A stretch of DNA of 32,000 nucleotides, from assembly GCF_000698785.1 (NCBI RefSeq), contig NZ_CP007536.1, positions 2,250,001-2,282,000 on the forward strand, written 5' to 3'. This document shows, piece by piece, positions 30,667 to 32,000 of this stretch (its first letter is position 1; each line of letters begins with the position of its first letter). This DNA is from Nitrososphaera viennensis EN76 (lineage in GTDB: Archaea; Thermoproteota; Nitrososphaeria; Nitrososphaerales; Nitrososphaeraceae). The translations under genes were made by a program, and so were the position numbers. Under the pieces are notes generated by a model. The model saw only the letters and a list, made by a program, of their open reading frames with translations. It was not told the DNA's origin and searched no databases.

Positions 30667-32000
30667 TCACATAAAGATCGACAGAAGTACGTCGATCCCC
30701 TTGATGGCCGCAAACGGCAGTATCGCCCCGCCTATTCCGTAGATGAACATATTCCTCACAAACGTCTTTTGTGGGGGCTCGGGCTTGAACCGCGTCCCCT
30801 TTAGAGCCAGCGGTATCAGGAGCGGTATGATGATTGCGTTGAATATCAGAGTCGACAGCACCGCCGTCTCGGCGCTGTGCAGCTGCATTATGTTGAGCGC
30901 CTGCATCTTGGGGTTGCTCTCCATGAACATCGCCGGCAGCAGCGCAAAGTACTTTGCCACGTCGTTGGCGATGCTGAACGTGGTTATGGCTCCCCTCGTC
31001 ATGAGCAGCTGCTTGCCGAGCTTGACCACCTTCAGTATCTTTGACGGGTCCGAGTCAAGGTCGACCATGTTTGCGGCCTCTTTTGCAGCAGCTGTCCCGC
31101 TGTTCATGGCAAGGCCGACGTCGGCCTTGGCAAGCGCAGGCGCGTCGTTGGTGCCGTCGCCTACCATGCCTATGACGTGGCCCCTTCTCTGCTCCTCCTC
31201 GACTTTTCTCAGCTTGTCCGTGGGCTTGGCCTCTGCTATCACCTGATCGACATTTGCCTCGTGTGCAATGACCTCTGCGGTCAGCTTGTTGTCCCCTGTT
31301 ATCATAACCGTGCTTATTCCCGTAGCCCTGACCTCGTCAAGCTTTTGCCGGATGTTTTCCTTGAGGTTGTCCTTTAGCGCAACAAGCCCTATGGCCGTCC
31401 TGTCGATCATCACGATGAGGGGCGTGCCGCCGGTCTTTGAGACTTCCTGGGACTTCCATTTCAGCTCAGCCTCGTTGAGGTTGTCGGCCATCGGAAGCAT
31501 GGCGTCTATGGAGCCTTTGAGGATCCTTGCGTTCCTGTTGGAGCGGGTGATCTCTCGCAGCATTGTCGCGACTCTGCAGCCGCTGCTTACCGGGCCGTTG
31601 AACGACTTGACTGCCTCCATCTCTTCCAGGGTCGCCCTCTTGCTCGGGATGAGCTCTATGCCGCTGTACCTTGTCTCTGCGCTGAACTCTATCGGCTTTG
31701 CAGTGATTATCTTTTCCAAAAGTGGCGGCACGAAATTCTTTGCCTCTGCAAGGTAGACCGTAGATTTGCCTTCGTGTGTAGTGTCGTGTATGGATGCTGC
31801 AAACGCTGCCTGGCCAATGTCCTCTTCAGTAAAGCCCTGCATCGGCATGAACGCTATTGCGCTCCTGCTTCCCTCGGTGATGGTGCCTGTCTTGTCAAGC
31901 ACCAGCACGTCGCAGTCGCCGGCCGCCTCGATCCCCTTGCCGGATTTTGCAATGATGTTGTCGCGCCCAAGCCTTGTGATCCCTGCGACTCCGATTGCGG
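30667..32000 (-). CDS. kdpB: Potassium-transporting P-type ATPase subunit B (partial; the N-terminus is beyond the window)
   Basis: The reading frame is open to the window edge. The DKTGT phosphorylation motif (CDVLVLDKTGTIT) is at about 31885-31925. Also present are MITGDN, GDGTNDAPALA and the C-terminal TM helices typical of KdpB. Confidence 0.9.
   Translation of the reverse strand, partial: AIGVAGITRLGRDNIIAKSGKGIEAAGDCDVLVLDKTGTITEGSRSAIAFMPMQGFTEEDIGQAAFAASIHDTTHEGKSTVYLAEAKNFVPPLLEKIITAKPIEFSAETRYSGIELIPSKRATLEEMEAVKSFNGPVSSGCRVATMLREITRSNRNARILKGSIDAMLPMADNLNEAELKWKSQEVSKTGGTPLIVMIDRTAIGLVALKDNLKENIRQKLDEVRATGISTVMITGDNKLTAEVIAHEANVDQVIAEAKPTDKLRKVEEEQRRGHVIGMVGDGTNDAPALAKADVGLAMNSGTAAAKEAANMVDLDSDPSKILKVVKLGKQLLMTRGAITTFSIANDVAKYFALLPAMFMESNPKMQALNIMQLHSAETAVLSTLIFNAIIIPLLIPLALKGTRFKPEPPQKTFVRNMFIYGIGGAILPFAAIKGIDVLLSIFM

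Noticed and set aside
1-32000. Search for a CRISPR array, tRNA/rRNA genes, an integrase or att direct repeats
   Set aside because: I found no regularly spaced direct repeats and no cloverleaf-like GC-rich segment with a T-loop (GGTTCRANNCC-type). I also found no recombinase-like ORF. The element's left end, where these might lie, is outside the window.

Overview
This is an archaeal chromosome segment. The evidence is a PCNA sliding clamp and TTTAAA boxes 24-29 nt upstream of start codons, which imply leaderless mRNAs. The gene content includes KdpBC, CbiH and a NirK-like copper protein. It resembles a soil ammonia-oxidising thaumarchaeon of the Nitrososphaera type, but that assignment is inference.

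Bases 1 to about 11.3 kb carry the plus-strand tail and morphogenesis half of an integrated head-tail virus, or a tail-only element. It continues off the left edge of the window. In order it contains: small membrane proteins, an AT-rich insert, a neck-like gene, a putative major tail protein, a tail chaperone pair with a candidate -1 frameshift site, an HK97 gp10-family protein, a 594-aa tape measure protein, three baseplate-position proteins, a repeat-bearing fibre and two small coiled-coil proteins. The gene junctions of this module carry a recurrent TAGTTCT(C)T motif. In six cases the motif sits exactly 35 nt before the next start codon.

The host part, about 11.3-32 kb, falls into three stretches:
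- The first stretch holds two small AT-rich genes, cbiH, and a NirK-like two-domain copper protein with a co-transcribed membrane-anchored partner.
- The second stretch holds four paralogous PepSY-type secreted proteins with Met/His/Gly-rich tails, an HTH_45-like regulator, and an operon of a 4-TM protein, a MacB-type ABC ATPase, a CARDB/COG1361-like surface protein and a MacB/FtsX permease.
- The third stretch holds aspartate kinase, PCNA, a CDF transporter, a PurD-like ATP-grasp enzyme, two stand-alone RAM-domain proteins, kdpC and partial kdpB.

A palindrome, RTAAC-N3-GTTAY, recurs 62-67 nt upstream of the PepSY genes and the ABC operon. This suggests one regulon, possibly for copper or other metal handling. 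I saw no rRNA, tRNA or CRISPR array.
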